Below the pieces are notes generated by a model. The model saw nothing but the letters and a program-made list of their open reading frames with translations, searched no databases and was not told where the DNA came from. A program made the position numbers and the translations under genes. This document shows positions 46,473-56,265 of a stretch of 64,000 nt of DNA, piece after piece (position 1 is the stretch's first letter; each line of letters opens with the position of its first letter). Source of the DNA: an uncultured Methanobrevibacter sp. (GTDB lineage: Archaea > Methanobacteriota > Methanobacteria > Methanobacteriales > Methanobacteriaceae); NCBI GenBank assembly GCA_964596915.1, contig CAZQWN010000002.1, positions 1,507 to 65,506 on the forward strand, given 5' to 3'.

Positions 46473-47774
46473 CTAGTCAAAATTCCTTTCATCAATTACA
46501 CGAACAGCTTTACCTTCACTTCTTGGAAGTGTTTCAGGTTCAACGATACTTACATCAACTCTTAAACCGGTTTCTGATCTGATTGATGCTTGGATTTGTT
46601 TTTCAACTCTTTCCATTTCTTTCATTTCATCTGAGAATAACTCTTTGGTAGCTTCCACTTTAACTTCCACTTCATCTAAAATGTCTGGTCTTGTTACGTG
46701 GATTAAGTAGTTAGGGCTTGCACCACTAACTTTGAGCAATGCTTTTTCAATTTGTGATGGGAATACCATAACTCCTTTGATTTTTAGCATATCATCGCTT
46801 CTGCCTGTGATTCTTGTCATTCTGACAGTTGTTCTTCCGCATTCACATTTTTCACCTATGAGTGAAGTCAAGTCTTTTGTTCTAAATCTTAAAATAGGCA
46901 TTCCAGTTTTGGTAAGTGAAGTTAAAACAAGTTCTCCTTTTTCACCATATTCTAATGTTTCTCCGGTTTCAGAATTGATGATTTCAGGATAGAAATGGTC
47001 ATCTTGTAGGTGCATTCCGTTTTGGAAGTCACATTCCTGAGCAACACCAGGTCCCATTACTTCGGTTAAACCGTAAATATTGTGTGTTTTGATTCCAAGA
47101 GATGCTTCAATTCTTTTTCTCATTTCATCCGTCCACATTTCAGCCCCGTGGATTCCTGCTTTTAGGTTGATATCTTCAAGAGGGATTCCGGCTTTTTCTC
47201 TTGATTCTCCAAGATACATGGCATAGGAGGGGGTACATGTTAAGATGTCACTTTGGAAATCGACCATTGTATCCAGTTGCCTTTGAGTATTTCCGGCTGA
47301 GATTGGTACTGTGATTGCACCCATTTTATTTCCACCGTGGTGGATACCGAATCCTCCGGTAAATAAACCGTATCCGTAAGCGTTTTGGATGATGTAGTCT
47401 TTGTCAGTACCTGCCATTTTCAATCCACGTGCAATACATTCTCCCCAAATGTCCAAATCCTTTTGGGTGTATGCAGTTACGGTTGGTTTTCCGGTAGTTC
47501 CAGAAGATGCGTGTATTTCAACAATTTCTTCACGTGGAACTGCAAGTAATCCTAATGGATAAGCTTCTCTTAAATCGCTTTTGGTTGTGAATGGAATTTT
47601 TTCAATGTCTTTTAGTGTTTTTATGTCTTCCGGTTTCAATCCGATTTCATCGAATCGTTTTTTGTAAAATTCAACATTTTCGTATGCAAGTTTCACGGTT
47701 TCCTGTAATCTTTCAAGTTGTATTTTTTCCTTTTCTTCTTTTTCCATACATTCTGCTTTTTCATTCCAAAACAT
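46473..47774 (-). CDS. paaK: Phenylacetate--CoA ligase family adenylate-forming enzyme
   Basis: [10 protein letters not shown]...[33 protein letters not shown] and [10 protein letters not shown] are PaaK/F390-synthetase family motifs. Confidence 0.8.
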   Translation of the reverse strand: MFWNEKAECMEKEEKEKIQLERLQETVKLAYENVEFYKKRFDEIGLKPEDIKTLKDIEKIPFTTKSDLREAYPLGLLAVPREEIVEIHASSGTTGKPTVTAYTQKDLDIWGECIARGLKMAGTDKDYIIQNAYGYGLFTGGFGIHHGGNKMGAITVPISAGNTQRQLDTMVDFQSDILTCTPSYAMYLGESREKAGIPLEDINLKAGIHGAEMWTDEMRKRIEASLGIKTHNIYGLTEVMGPGVAQECDFQNGMHLQDDHFYPEIINSETGETLEYGEKGELVLTSLTKTGMPILRFRTKDLTSLIGEKCECGRTTVRMTRITGRSDDMLKIKGVMVFPSQIEKALLKVSGASPNYLIHVTRPDILDEVEVKVEATKELFSDEMKEMERVEKQIQASIRSETGLRVDVSIVEPETLPRSEGKAVRVIDERNFD

Positions 47775-47999
47775 TATATCCCTATTTTAAATTTTTTTTA
47801 ACAATTTTAATTATGATGTTTATTTCTTATAAAATTTTGTTGCACTGTTTAATTTTCAGATTCAATTTTGCTTTATTTTTAATGCGGCAAAAGCAATAGT
47901 GATTTTCGATTGTTTTTTTACAAAATAACATCAATAATTACTTTATTTTTTCAAAAAAGTATTTATAATCATTTATTTATAATTTTAGTTGGTGATAAC

Positions 48000-48794
48000 A
48001 TGAATTCTAAAATTACAAAAGGTAGAAATGAGTTTAATGATGAAAATTATGAAAAGGCATTGAAATATTTTGATGAAGTTCGTGAAGATGATGAGGATTA
48101 TATGTACGTTTTGATGTTTAAGATTACCTGTTTGATGGAATTGGAGAGATATGACAAGGCATTGTTTTTAATCGAATCGTTGCTTGCCGAAGATCCCGAA
48201 GATGAGTTTCTGATTTATGAAAAAATCAGATGTCAAATTGCATTAAAAGAAAATGATGATGCTTTAAAAACTTTAAAAACCTTTGAAAAATATGTTTCAT
48301 CAGATAACAAAAGGATGGTTCTTGCAATTTCTAAATTTTATAGGATTTTAGGTGATTTGGACAGTGCCTTGAAATATTGCAACTATGCATTGGAAATCGA
48401 TTGGGCATTTGAAGATGCAATCAATGAAAAATCGTTGATTGCTATTAATCTGGATGATAAGGATATGATAAATTCTTGTGCTGATAATCTTTTGGAAGTT
48501 ATTGGAGAGGGCAGTGTCAGTATGATTTCAATTTTTCTTTTGAAATTGTATGTTGGTAAATTTGATGACTGTCTGGATATTATCAACCGTTTGGATGATG
48601 AATTTGATGATGAATTTCGCAATTCTCTTAAATTTGTTGTGTATAGGGAATTCAGTGAAAATTTAGGTGTTGAAATTCGTCTAAATGAAGAGGCTGAAAT
48701 TCCCGTTGAGGAGGCGATATCATTGCTTAAGGATTACAATGAACATGGTGTTAATATGGGTGTTATCAGAGGTGTCGCATTCAAGATAATATAA
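48000..48794 (+). CDS. TPR repeat protein
   Basis: The ATG at 48000 follows GGTGA. Repeated motifs of the form Y..AL..F........D..Y........L.....Y..AL are present. Confidence 0.6.
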   Translation: MNSKITKGRNEFNDENYEKALKYFDEVREDDEDYMYVLMFKITCLMELERYDKALFLIESLLAEDPEDEFLIYEKIRCQIALKENDDALKTLKTFEKYVSSDNKRMVLAISKFYRILGDLDSALKYCNYALEIDWAFEDAINEKSLIAINLDDKDMINSCADNLLEVIGEGSVSMISIFLLKLYVGKFDDCLDIINRLDDEFDDEFRNSLKFVVYREFSENLGVEIRLNEEAEIPVEEAISLLKDYNEHGVNMGVIRGVAFKII

Positions 48795-48908
48795 TGTACA
48801 AGATTGTACATCAATGTATATTATAGCAATATTTAAATATTTTCTCTATAAAAATAGTATTGTAAATATTAATCTTATATTTTAATATTTTTTTAGAGGT
48901 AATTATTT

Positions 48909-50519
48909 ATGGACGTAATGATTTTAGCAATTGTTTTTATAATCTACATTTTTGCACTTGTTTTTGTAGGTTATTACGCATACAAAAAAACTAATTCCTC
49001 TGAAGACTTTATGATTGCTGGTAAGGATACACACCCATTCATAATGGCAATGAGTTATGGGGCTACATTTATTTCGACAGCAGCTATTGTTGGTTTTGGA
49101 GGGGTTGCTAGTGAATATGGTATGAGTGTTTTATGGTTGGCATTCTTAAACATTATCATTGGTGTATTTGTTGCATTTGTATTTTTAGGAAAAAGAACCC
49201 GTAGGATGGGGCATGCATTGAACTCATTGACATTTCCTGAATTTTTGGGAAAACGTTTTGACTCTAAATTCATCCATTATTTCTCTGGACTGATTATTTT
49301 CTGTGCAATGCCTATTTATGCGGCTGTGGTATTGATTGGAGCTGCAAGATTTTTAGAATCATCTTTATTAATTGATTTCAGCATAGCATTATTGATTTTA
49401 TCAATTATCATTACATTTTATGTACTGTTCGGTGGAATTCGTGGTGTAATGTATACTGATGCACTTCAAGGAACTATCATGGTTGTAGCAATGGTTTTCC
49501 TGCTGGTATTCGTATATTGGTTACTCGGCGGAATCACTACTGCAAACACCGCATTGACAAACATGGTTAATTTGTACCCTGCTGACGCTCTTGCAACAGG
49601 AGGTACGGGCTGGACGGCCTTCCCAGAGTTTGGAACACCGTTCTGGTGGTCACTTGTGTCATCCACATTGATTGGTGTTGGTATCGGTGTACTTGCACAG
49701 CCTTCATTGATTGTAAGGTTCATGACCGTTAAATCAGATAAGGAATTAAACAGATCTGTTTTAATTGGAGGAATTTTCATTGCAATCATGCCAACAACTG
49801 CATATATTGTAGGATCCCTTTCAAATGTGTATTTCTTCGATAAATTAGGAAAAATTGCAGTTGATGTGGTTGGAGGAAACATCGATAAGGTTATCCCTAC
49901 ATTCATTACAATGGCACTGCCTGAATGGTTTGTATATATTTTCCTATTGTCATTGATTGCAGCTGCAATGTCAACAATATCCTCACAATTGCACACACAA
50001 GGAACTGCATTCGGTGTGGATATCTACGGAACAATAAGGGAAAAATCCAAACAGAAACTGGACCAGGTAAGCATTTCAAGAGTGGGTATTCTAATAGCTA
50101 TCATTTTAGCATTGGTAATGGCATTTTCACTTCCCGGAAGTGTGGTTGCACTCGGAACAAGTCTGTTCTTCGAAATCTGTGCAGCAGCATTCTTGCCTGT
50201 GTTTTTGGGAGCGCTTTACTGGAAGGGAATTACAAGACTGGGTGCTATTTCTGGAATGGTGTCCGGAACTGTTGTAAGTTTGTTCTGGTTAATATTTGTA
50301 TTTAAGAAAACTGCAGTTGGCCTTGGAATCTGTAAATTCCTTTTAGGAGTTGAAACAATCTTGCCTGCAGCACCATGGCCATTCATTGATGTAATGTTAA
50401 TTGCAGTGCCGGTTTCAGCAATATTTACAATTGTGGTAAGCCTACTTACCAAACCTCCTGCTGATGAGGTTATTGAGAAGGCATTTTCACAGATTGATAC
50501 AAAGGGAAGTGATGCATAA
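48909..50519 (+). CDS. Sodium:solute symporter (SSS) family transporter
   Basis: About 13 TM helices. The N-terminus has FMIAGKD..P, and the GGIRGVMYTDALQG motif is typical of PutP/PanF-like SSS proteins. Confidence 0.8.
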   Translation: MDVMILAIVFIIYIFALVFVGYYAYKKTNSSEDFMIAGKDTHPFIMAMSYGATFISTAAIVGFGGVASEYGMSVLWLAFLNIIIGVFVAFVFLGKRTRRMGHALNSLTFPEFLGKRFDSKFIHYFSGLIIFCAMPIYAAVVLIGAARFLESSLLIDFSIALLILSIIITFYVLFGGIRGVMYTDALQGTIMVVAMVFLLVFVYWLLGGITTANTALTNMVNLYPADALATGGTGWTAFPEFGTPFWWSLVSSTLIGVGIGVLAQPSLIVRFMTVKSDKELNRSVLIGGIFIAIMPTTAYIVGSLSNVYFFDKLGKIAVDVVGGNIDKVIPTFITMALPEWFVYIFLLSLIAAAMSTISSQLHTQGTAFGVDIYGTIREKSKQKLDQVSISRVGILIAIILALVMAFSLPGSVVALGTSLFFEICAAAFLPVFLGALYWKGITRLGAISGMVSGTVVSLFWLIFVFKKTAVGLGICKFLLGVETILPAAPWPFIDVMLIAVPVSAIFTIVVSLLTKPPADEVIEKAFSQIDTKGSDA

Positions 50520-50632
50520 TGATGATTTTAGGAATCGAAGACCCATGGATTTGGGGTGTATACGTTGGAATTATCTTATCCACACTTTTATGTATTGGTT
50601 ATGGTATTGTAAACTGGAATAAGGGAGATTAA
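50519..50632 (+). CDS. Small single-TM symporter accessory protein (37 aa), below the ORF-track cutoff
   Basis: The ATG overlaps the symporter stop (TAATG). The product is MMILGIEDPWIWGVYVGIILSTLLCIGYGIVNWNKGD. An oligo-T tract follows. Confidence 0.6.
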   Translation: MMILGIEDPWIWGVYVGIILSTLLCIGYGIVNWNKGD

Positions 50633-51144
50633 TTCTCCAACTTTTTTTTTATTTTTTAAGGTATTTTTAATTAAAACCATGATTTAATCTGTCTAACTAG
50701 AAATATTCTAATGATGTATGTGTGCATCAAATAATGATGATGGATTCGCCTTTTGAGACAGTATCAAAAGAAATTTTCTCATATATAGTGTTTTAGAAAA
50801 TTAATTTCATTTACTCATATTATTTTTACTTTAAATAACTATTTCCAATTTCCCATCTGGATTGTATGGGGGATGTAATTTTTTATTGTTGTTTTTATAT
50901 AATTATTTAATACTTTATTCCGCATTGTTTTCAATTTCACTACTTTATACTACGATTTTTCAAATATTTCTTTTAATTTATCTAGTTTTTTATCTTTATC
51001 CATTTTTTCAAAATCTTTTATATAATCAATTTTGTCTCCTTTACTTTTGTACCATATTTGAATTGGTAAAAATCAATGAAGTTGAAAAAGTCTCATTTTT
51101 TCCTCATTGATAGCTTTATTATCTTTTAAATTAAATATCTCAAT

Positions 51145-53211
51145 ATGATAGAAAATAATGAAAATATCCCTCTCTCAGAATACCTTAATATTGCACATCC
51201 GGAAATTATTAATTCCATAAATAAAGATGAATATTTGTTAGATTATGATAATTTTGACTTATTTTATGAAATAAAAAAGGATGGGGAATTTGTTGGATTT
51301 ATAACACTTGAAAATGATGATTTGAATAACTGTTTGATAATAAATGAATGTTATGTCATGCCTGACTGGAGAGGCAATAATTTGTTTTTTAAAAATTATG
51401 CTGATATAGTCAAGGGCAGTGAAAAAAAGATTTTTATCAGAAAACCCAACAGGAATTTAATAAATGTATTGTTGAATAATAATCTGGCTTTTAAAATGCA
51501 GGATAGTATTGTGATTTCTTATGTTGATTTTATCATCGAGTTGAATGATGCATTTAAAAATTCTAAAATAAAGCATAATTATAAGAAAGTTAAAAACGGG
51601 AATTCAGTATTCATTGCTAATCTTTTTGATTTTGATTTGTCATGCGTACTGTTTTTCGATGACAGTCATGTTTTTTCTAAAAAGTATGATGTTTTATGCA
51701 TGTGTGAAGCCAGAAAATATGATTTGAAAAAATATTCCATCAGAAAAAAACTTAAAAAAATCCAACCTAAATATCTTGATGAAACTTTTAAAGTAATTTC
51801 TGATAATCTTTCAAATTCTTTTGATTATTTTAAAAACCAGGGAGTAGATTTATCTAATTCAAATAAAATTAGATCCGAGTTTTTAGCTGAAAATCCTGAC
51901 TTCAATGGTAATTCACATAAAATAAATCCTAATTCTAATTTTATTTTCGATTGTCCCTTCTGTGGAGAATTAACTCAAAAATCAGCAGTTCACTGTCATA
52001 ATTGTGGGCTAAATCTTGAAAAAACTCTAATTCGAAATGAAAATAAGAAAAATATTTTTGTAGATAATGATTATGATGATTTTAAAGATAAGTCCTCGGA
52101 TTTTTATGAAAATGACCATGATGATATGGTTGAATCATTTCAAGAAATGAGAAATATGTTTGACAGTGAGGATGAAATGAAGGATGCATTTTCGAAAATC
52201 TTAGAATCGGTTAGTGAACTGGCTTTAGTTTCAAATGAACTTCAAAAAGAACCAGTTAACTCTTTAAATATAATTGATTATGATTGCCTTGAATTGGATA
52301 GGGATAAATATAATTCTAAAGATGATGATAGGTTAAATATTGAAAAATCGATGTATGGTCTTGTGAAATATACCAATGAACATCCGACACCATGGAATTA
52401 TGATTATTATATCGATGCTATTGATGACGATGCTTTTGATTGGATTGTTGAAAAGGGATATATTACTAAAGTCATGCATGATAAATACTATGAGTTATTT
52501 AATGATTATACTGTTGAAGAGCTGAAACGTGAGTCTGAATCGTATCATGGTCCTGAAACTACAAAAGAGGACATGATAAAATATTTCATTGAATGGAGTG
52601 ATTATTTATGGACTCTATCTGAAAAAGGACTAGAATATCTGGAATCTAATCCGTTTTTAGAGTTCTTCACAAATAATCTGATGGAGTTCAACATATATGA
52701 ATTCAAATTATTTTCAGACAAATACCACAATGAACTTACTCTCGAAGAGATTGGGGATAAATACATTAACGCCAAACTCATAAAAGCACTGTCAAATGAT
52801 GAATTAGACATGTATCTGTATTATATTGATTATTATTTCAATCTGAATTTAAGTAAAAAGGAATATGAAACTGCACTGATGTATCTGATTCAGAGAATCA
52901 TCTTTGAAATCAATATGTGGCATTTAAAGGAATATCATTTTGCATTTGATGAGGCATTATCAACCAGAACTGATTATCTGCTATTTAAAATCACCAAACT
53001 GGGGCTTGATTTTGATTTGGAAACCCTGTACGATGAAGCTTATAATTCACTTAAAATTGAGAAAATCAAATTCAAATATGATGAAAACCTTGTTTATGTT
53101 GAACGTATGATGAACGGTGAAAGTGTTTATGACATTAGTGATTTTTTGCTGGATCAGGCAAAAGAGCAGGGACAGTTTAAATCACTTTTAAAAAATGAAA
53201 TAATAAGATAA
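51145..53211 (+). CDS. Hypothetical 688-aa protein: N-terminal GNAT-like segment, central zinc ribbon, acidic linker and a large helical C-terminal domain
   Basis: FVGFITLEN..LIINECYVMPDWRGNNLF resembles GNAT motif A. The zinc ribbon is CPFCGE..x..HCHNCG. The rest is unrecognised. Confidence 0.6.
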   Translation: MIENNENIPLSEYLNIAHPEIINSINKDEYLLDYDNFDLFYEIKKDGEFVGFITLENDDLNNCLIINECYVMPDWRGNNLFFKNYADIVKGSEKKIFIRKPNRNLINVLLNNNLAFKMQDSIVISYVDFIIELNDAFKNSKIKHNYKKVKNGNSVFIANLFDFDLSCVLFFDDSHVFSKKYDVLCMCEARKYDLKKYSIRKKLKKIQPKYLDETFKVISDNLSNSFDYFKNQGVDLSNSNKIRSEFLAENPDFNGNSHKINPNSNFIFDCPFCGELTQKSAVHCHNCGLNLEKTLIRNENKKNIFVDNDYDDFKDKSSDFYENDHDDMVESFQEMRNMFDSEDEMKDAFSKILESVSELALVSNELQKEPVNSLNIIDYDCLELDRDKYNSKDDDRLNIEKSMYGLVKYTNEHPTPWNYDYYIDAIDDDAFDWIVEKGYITKVMHDKYYELFNDYTVEELKRESESYHGPETTKEDMIKYFIEWSDYLWTLSEKGLEYLESNPFLEFFTNNLMEFNIYEFKLFSDKYHNELTLEEIGDKYINAKLIKALSNDELDMYLYYIDYYFNLNLSKKEYETALMYLIQRIIFEINMWHLKEYHFAFDEALSTRTDYLLFKITKLGLDFDLETLYDEAYNSLKIEKIKFKYDENLVYVERMMNGESVYDISDFLLDQAKEQGQFKSLLKNEIIR

Positions 53212-53460
53212 TCATGGTATGGTGGTTTTTCATGATTGAAGAAGAATTTTCAGATTGAATATGAAAAGAAAACAATTATCCTCATTATTTCATTGTTGTA
53301 AGTTAGTAATTAATTTCTGATTTTTAATGGTGAATTTAATAATTTTCATCATTATTTTTTTTGAAGAGTTAAAATATTCTTGGAGTATGTTAAAACTACT
53401 ATTGTTGCAAATAACAACATTTTTATAATATCATTTTTAAATAGAGATTTGGTGATTAAT

Positions 53461-54290
53461 ATGAACGATGTTGTATTGTTAACAGGGCAGGTCAAATCGG
53501 TATGGCAATAGTTAGGAGAATTGGTCATGGCAAAAAAATACTAATTGCGGATAAAAACATTCAAAATGCGGAAAATGTTTCAAAAATCATGGCTGAAGCG
53601 GGTTTTGATGTTGAAATTCAAGAATGCGACATTTCTTCAAGGGATTCAATTAAAAATCTGATTAATTTTTCAAAGGAATTGGGTGAAATTGCATATTTCA
53701 TCAATGCTGCGGGAGTTTCACCCTCCCAGGTGCCAATTGAAACAATCTTAAAAGTGGACCTGTATGGAACAGCAGTTTTACTTGAAGAAGTTGGGAAAGT
53801 CATTAAAGAGGGTGGTGTTGGTGTAACAATATCTTCCCAATCAGGTCACAGGATGAAACAGTTGGGTGCAGAAATTGACGAACAGCTTGCAACAACTCCA
53901 ACAGAAGATCTGCTTGACCTAGAGATTTTACAACCTGAAAACATTGATGATACATTACACGCTTATCAATTGGCAAAACGATGCAATGTAAAAAGGGTAA
54001 TGTATGAGGCATGTAGATGGGGAGAAAAAGGTGCAAGAATCAACTCCATATCTCCTGGAATCATTGTAACGCCGCTGGCTTTAGATGAATTCAATGGTCC
54101 TAGAGGGGATTTCTATAAAAATATGTTTGCAAACTGCCCTTCAGGAAGACCTGGGACAGCTGATGAGGTTGCAAATGTTGCAGAATTATTAATGTCAGAT
54201 AAAGGTGCATTCATCACAGGCAGTGACTTCTTGGCGGATGGCGGTGCAACAGCATCATATTTCTACGGCAAACTAAGCTCAAGTAGGTAA
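53461..54290 (+). pseudogene. SDR family oxidoreductase with a frameshift inside the cofactor-binding motif
   Basis: The ATG at 53461 gives MNDVVLLTG and then runs out of frame (..QVKSVWQ*). The main ORF frame reads AGQIGMAIVRRIG from 53487. One missing G in the run at 53485-53487 would restore TGAGQIG. Downstream YQLAK and typical SDR C-terminal motifs are present. Confidence 0.6.
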
Positions 54291-54317
54291 TTATGTAATT
54301 AGGGATAATGTGATATT

Positions 54318-55031
54318 ATGAATGATTTGTTTGACAATTTTGAAAGAATCCAAAAAAATGACCCTGAATTTCATGAAATTTTTAAGAACTTTGCATATGG
54401 CGAAGTATTTGAATATTCAACATTAACAGATAAAGAAGCTGTATTGGTAACTTTATCTTCATTAATTGCATGCCAGTCACCAAAAGCATTTAAAAAGATT
54501 TTACTCTCTGCTTTAGATAAATACATTACTCCTGAAGAGGTTAAGGAATTGCTTTACCAATCTGTACCCTATGTCGGTTTTGGTCGTGCACATAACTTCT
54601 TTGGAGTTGTGATTAAGGTATTTAACAAAAAGGGAATTGAATTGCCTTTGGAAAACAGATCAAATATCACTTCTGAAAACAGACGCCAAAAAGGACGTGA
54701 AATTCAGGATAGATATTTTGGAGCAGAAATGATTCAGGCCATGAACGACAATGCTCCTGAAGGCCAAAAGCATTTCAACACTTTTCTGGAAGGATATTGC
54801 TTTGGTGACTTTTACACTCGTGATGGGTTAAATGACCAGCAAAGGGAATTAATAACATTCACATTCATTGCAACCATTGGAGGTTGTGAAAATCAGTTAA
54901 GAGGTCATACTCAAGGTAATTTGTCTGTTGGAAATGATAAAGAAAAGTTAATTTCAGTAATCACTGTAATCTTGCCATATATTGGTTTTCCAAGATCTCT
55001 TAATGCATTGGCAATCGTTAATGAGTTTTAG
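54318..55031 (+). CDS. Carboxymuconolactone decarboxylase (AhpD-like) family protein
   Basis: Two CMD-type helical repeats: LTDKEAVLVTLSSLIACQS and LNDQQRELITFTFIATIGGCENQLRGH. Confidence 0.65.
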   Translation: MNDLFDNFERIQKNDPEFHEIFKNFAYGEVFEYSTLTDKEAVLVTLSSLIACQSPKAFKKILLSALDKYITPEEVKELLYQSVPYVGFGRAHNFFGVVIKVFNKKGIELPLENRSNITSENRRQKGREIQDRYFGAEMIQAMNDNAPEGQKHFNTFLEGYCFGDFYTRDGLNDQQRELITFTFIATIGGCENQLRGHTQGNLSVGNDKEKLISVITVILPYIGFPRSLNALAIVNEF

Positions 55032-55034
55032 GTA

Positions 55035-55260
55035 ACCAAAAGCTTGAATTTCCCCACAGTATGATGACGAGGATTTGCAAACCAAATATGTTGGAATGTT
55101 TTTTACTGCACTGTCGTTCTTACGGTTTCTAATCATTATTAGTGATATAACACAGGCATTTACATCTCTGTCAGGATGTTTGCCGCATCCGGGTAAAATC
55201 AGTCTTTTATTACTAGTTTTTCTATTCTCCTTATTTATGGGTTTATAAAAGGTTAAAAGC
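55035..55260 (-). pseudogene. tnpB: IS200/IS605-family TnpB C-terminal remnant
   Basis: Within spurious ORF 54954-55328 the sequence is ..TSNKRLILPGCGKHPDRDVNACVISLIMIRNR..., i.e. a CxxCG...DRDvNAa.NI pattern, followed by a degenerate tail. Confidence 0.5.
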
Positions 55261-55447
55261 GTTTTATACTTCAAAAAGGGTTGGAAATTTCTTAAGAGCA
55301 TCAACTGAATTGTTGAAAACTTTTGCAAGAATTACGGGCATGGAAATGTTCATGATTCAAATATCTATGATTTGGCACTTTGAACTCTGAAATATCAGAT
55401 TTCACAGATATTAACATGTTTGATTTTTAAAAAAAGGATTTTGAGTA

Positions 55448-55858
55448 TTATTGATACTCAAATTCATATGTTTCTTCAACTTCCATCATGTTTCTGATTT
55501 CAGCTGTAGCTTTGTTGAGGAAAAATATTCCCATTTCCCATCCGTTTGCTTTGTATGCTTCAGCAATGTCAGGCATGAGTTCAAAGGCTTTTTCAACTAT
55601 TTCTTCATTTTTGCTTAAATCTGCAACGCCATAATATCTTAGGAAGTGTTCTCCGTCCCATGCTGCAATTTCAACATTTGGGTTTGCTTCCATTTGTTTG
55701 TAAACTTCTTTGAATGTTCCAACACCGAAATAAATTTTGTCTCCATCCAATAAATGGAATCCAAGTGGTCTTACTTTTGGTTTGTCGCCGTCTACTGTAG
55801 ATAAGTAGAATACTTCCGCTTTTGTTAAAATTTCATCAATTTTTTCAATATTTGACAT
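55448..55858 (-). CDS. Pyridoxamine 5'-phosphate oxidase-like FMN-binding split-barrel protein
   Basis: The likely start is MSNIEKIDEIL. The segments VFYLSTVDGDKPKVRPLG and DGDKIYFGVGTFKEVYKQMEANPNVEI are typical of the family. Confidence 0.7.
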   Translation of the reverse strand: MSNIEKIDEILTKAEVFYLSTVDGDKPKVRPLGFHLLDGDKIYFGVGTFKEVYKQMEANPNVEIAAWDGEHFLRYYGVADLSKNEEIVEKAFELMPDIAEAYKANGWEMGIFFLNKATAEIRNMMEVEETYEFEYQ

Positions 55859-55932
55859 TTTAATACCTCTATCCAATATTTTGTTGTGGGCCTAAATATA
55901 TATTTTTCATTATTTTTTTTAAATTAATTATC

Positions 55933-55975
55933 CGATATGAAATAAAGCATATCGATATAAAAATATTTATATATC
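55933..55975. promoter_or_regulatory. Cluster of four GATATR/YATATC half-sites in alternating orientation (candidate operator)
   Basis: CGATATG-N8-CATATCG at 55933-55954, the perfect 10-bp palindrome ATATCGATAT at 55949-55958, and GATATA-N10-TATATC at 55954-55975 (20 of 22 positions self-complementary). Confidence 0.4.
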
Positions 55976-56265
55976 ACTTGTAATTAATTTATAATTACTA
56001 ATCATGATAATTAAATTATAAGTTAAGATTATTGGATAAATTGCTAAAAACATTGTAATATTGAATATGGTGCTGTATGACTATTCAATTCAATTGTATT
56101 TTTCAATCACCATTGTCTTATCGTGAATTTATTAATGTAAAAATGATATAATTTGATTCCATTCGGGATTGGTTTTACTTAGTGTACTTCCTTATTGCCA
56201 TTTTTACAGTATTTGGTTATCTGATAGTAAATATTTCTAAATTTAATGATTCGAGGAGAAATACC

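Noticed and set aside
49466-50305. Overlapping ORFs 49466-49996 (minus strand) and 49925-50305 (plus strand) inside the symporter gene.
   Set aside because: They are embedded entirely in a strongly supported multi-TM CDS and translate into Cys/Asn/Arg-rich nonsense or mirror-hydrophobic sequence.
54954-55328. 124-aa minus-strand ORF overlapping the end of the CMD-family gene.
   Set aside because: Only its middle resembles anything (a TnpB CxxCG..DRDVNA relic). The rest is incoherent and overlaps a well-supported gene. I annotated it as a remnant, not a CDS.
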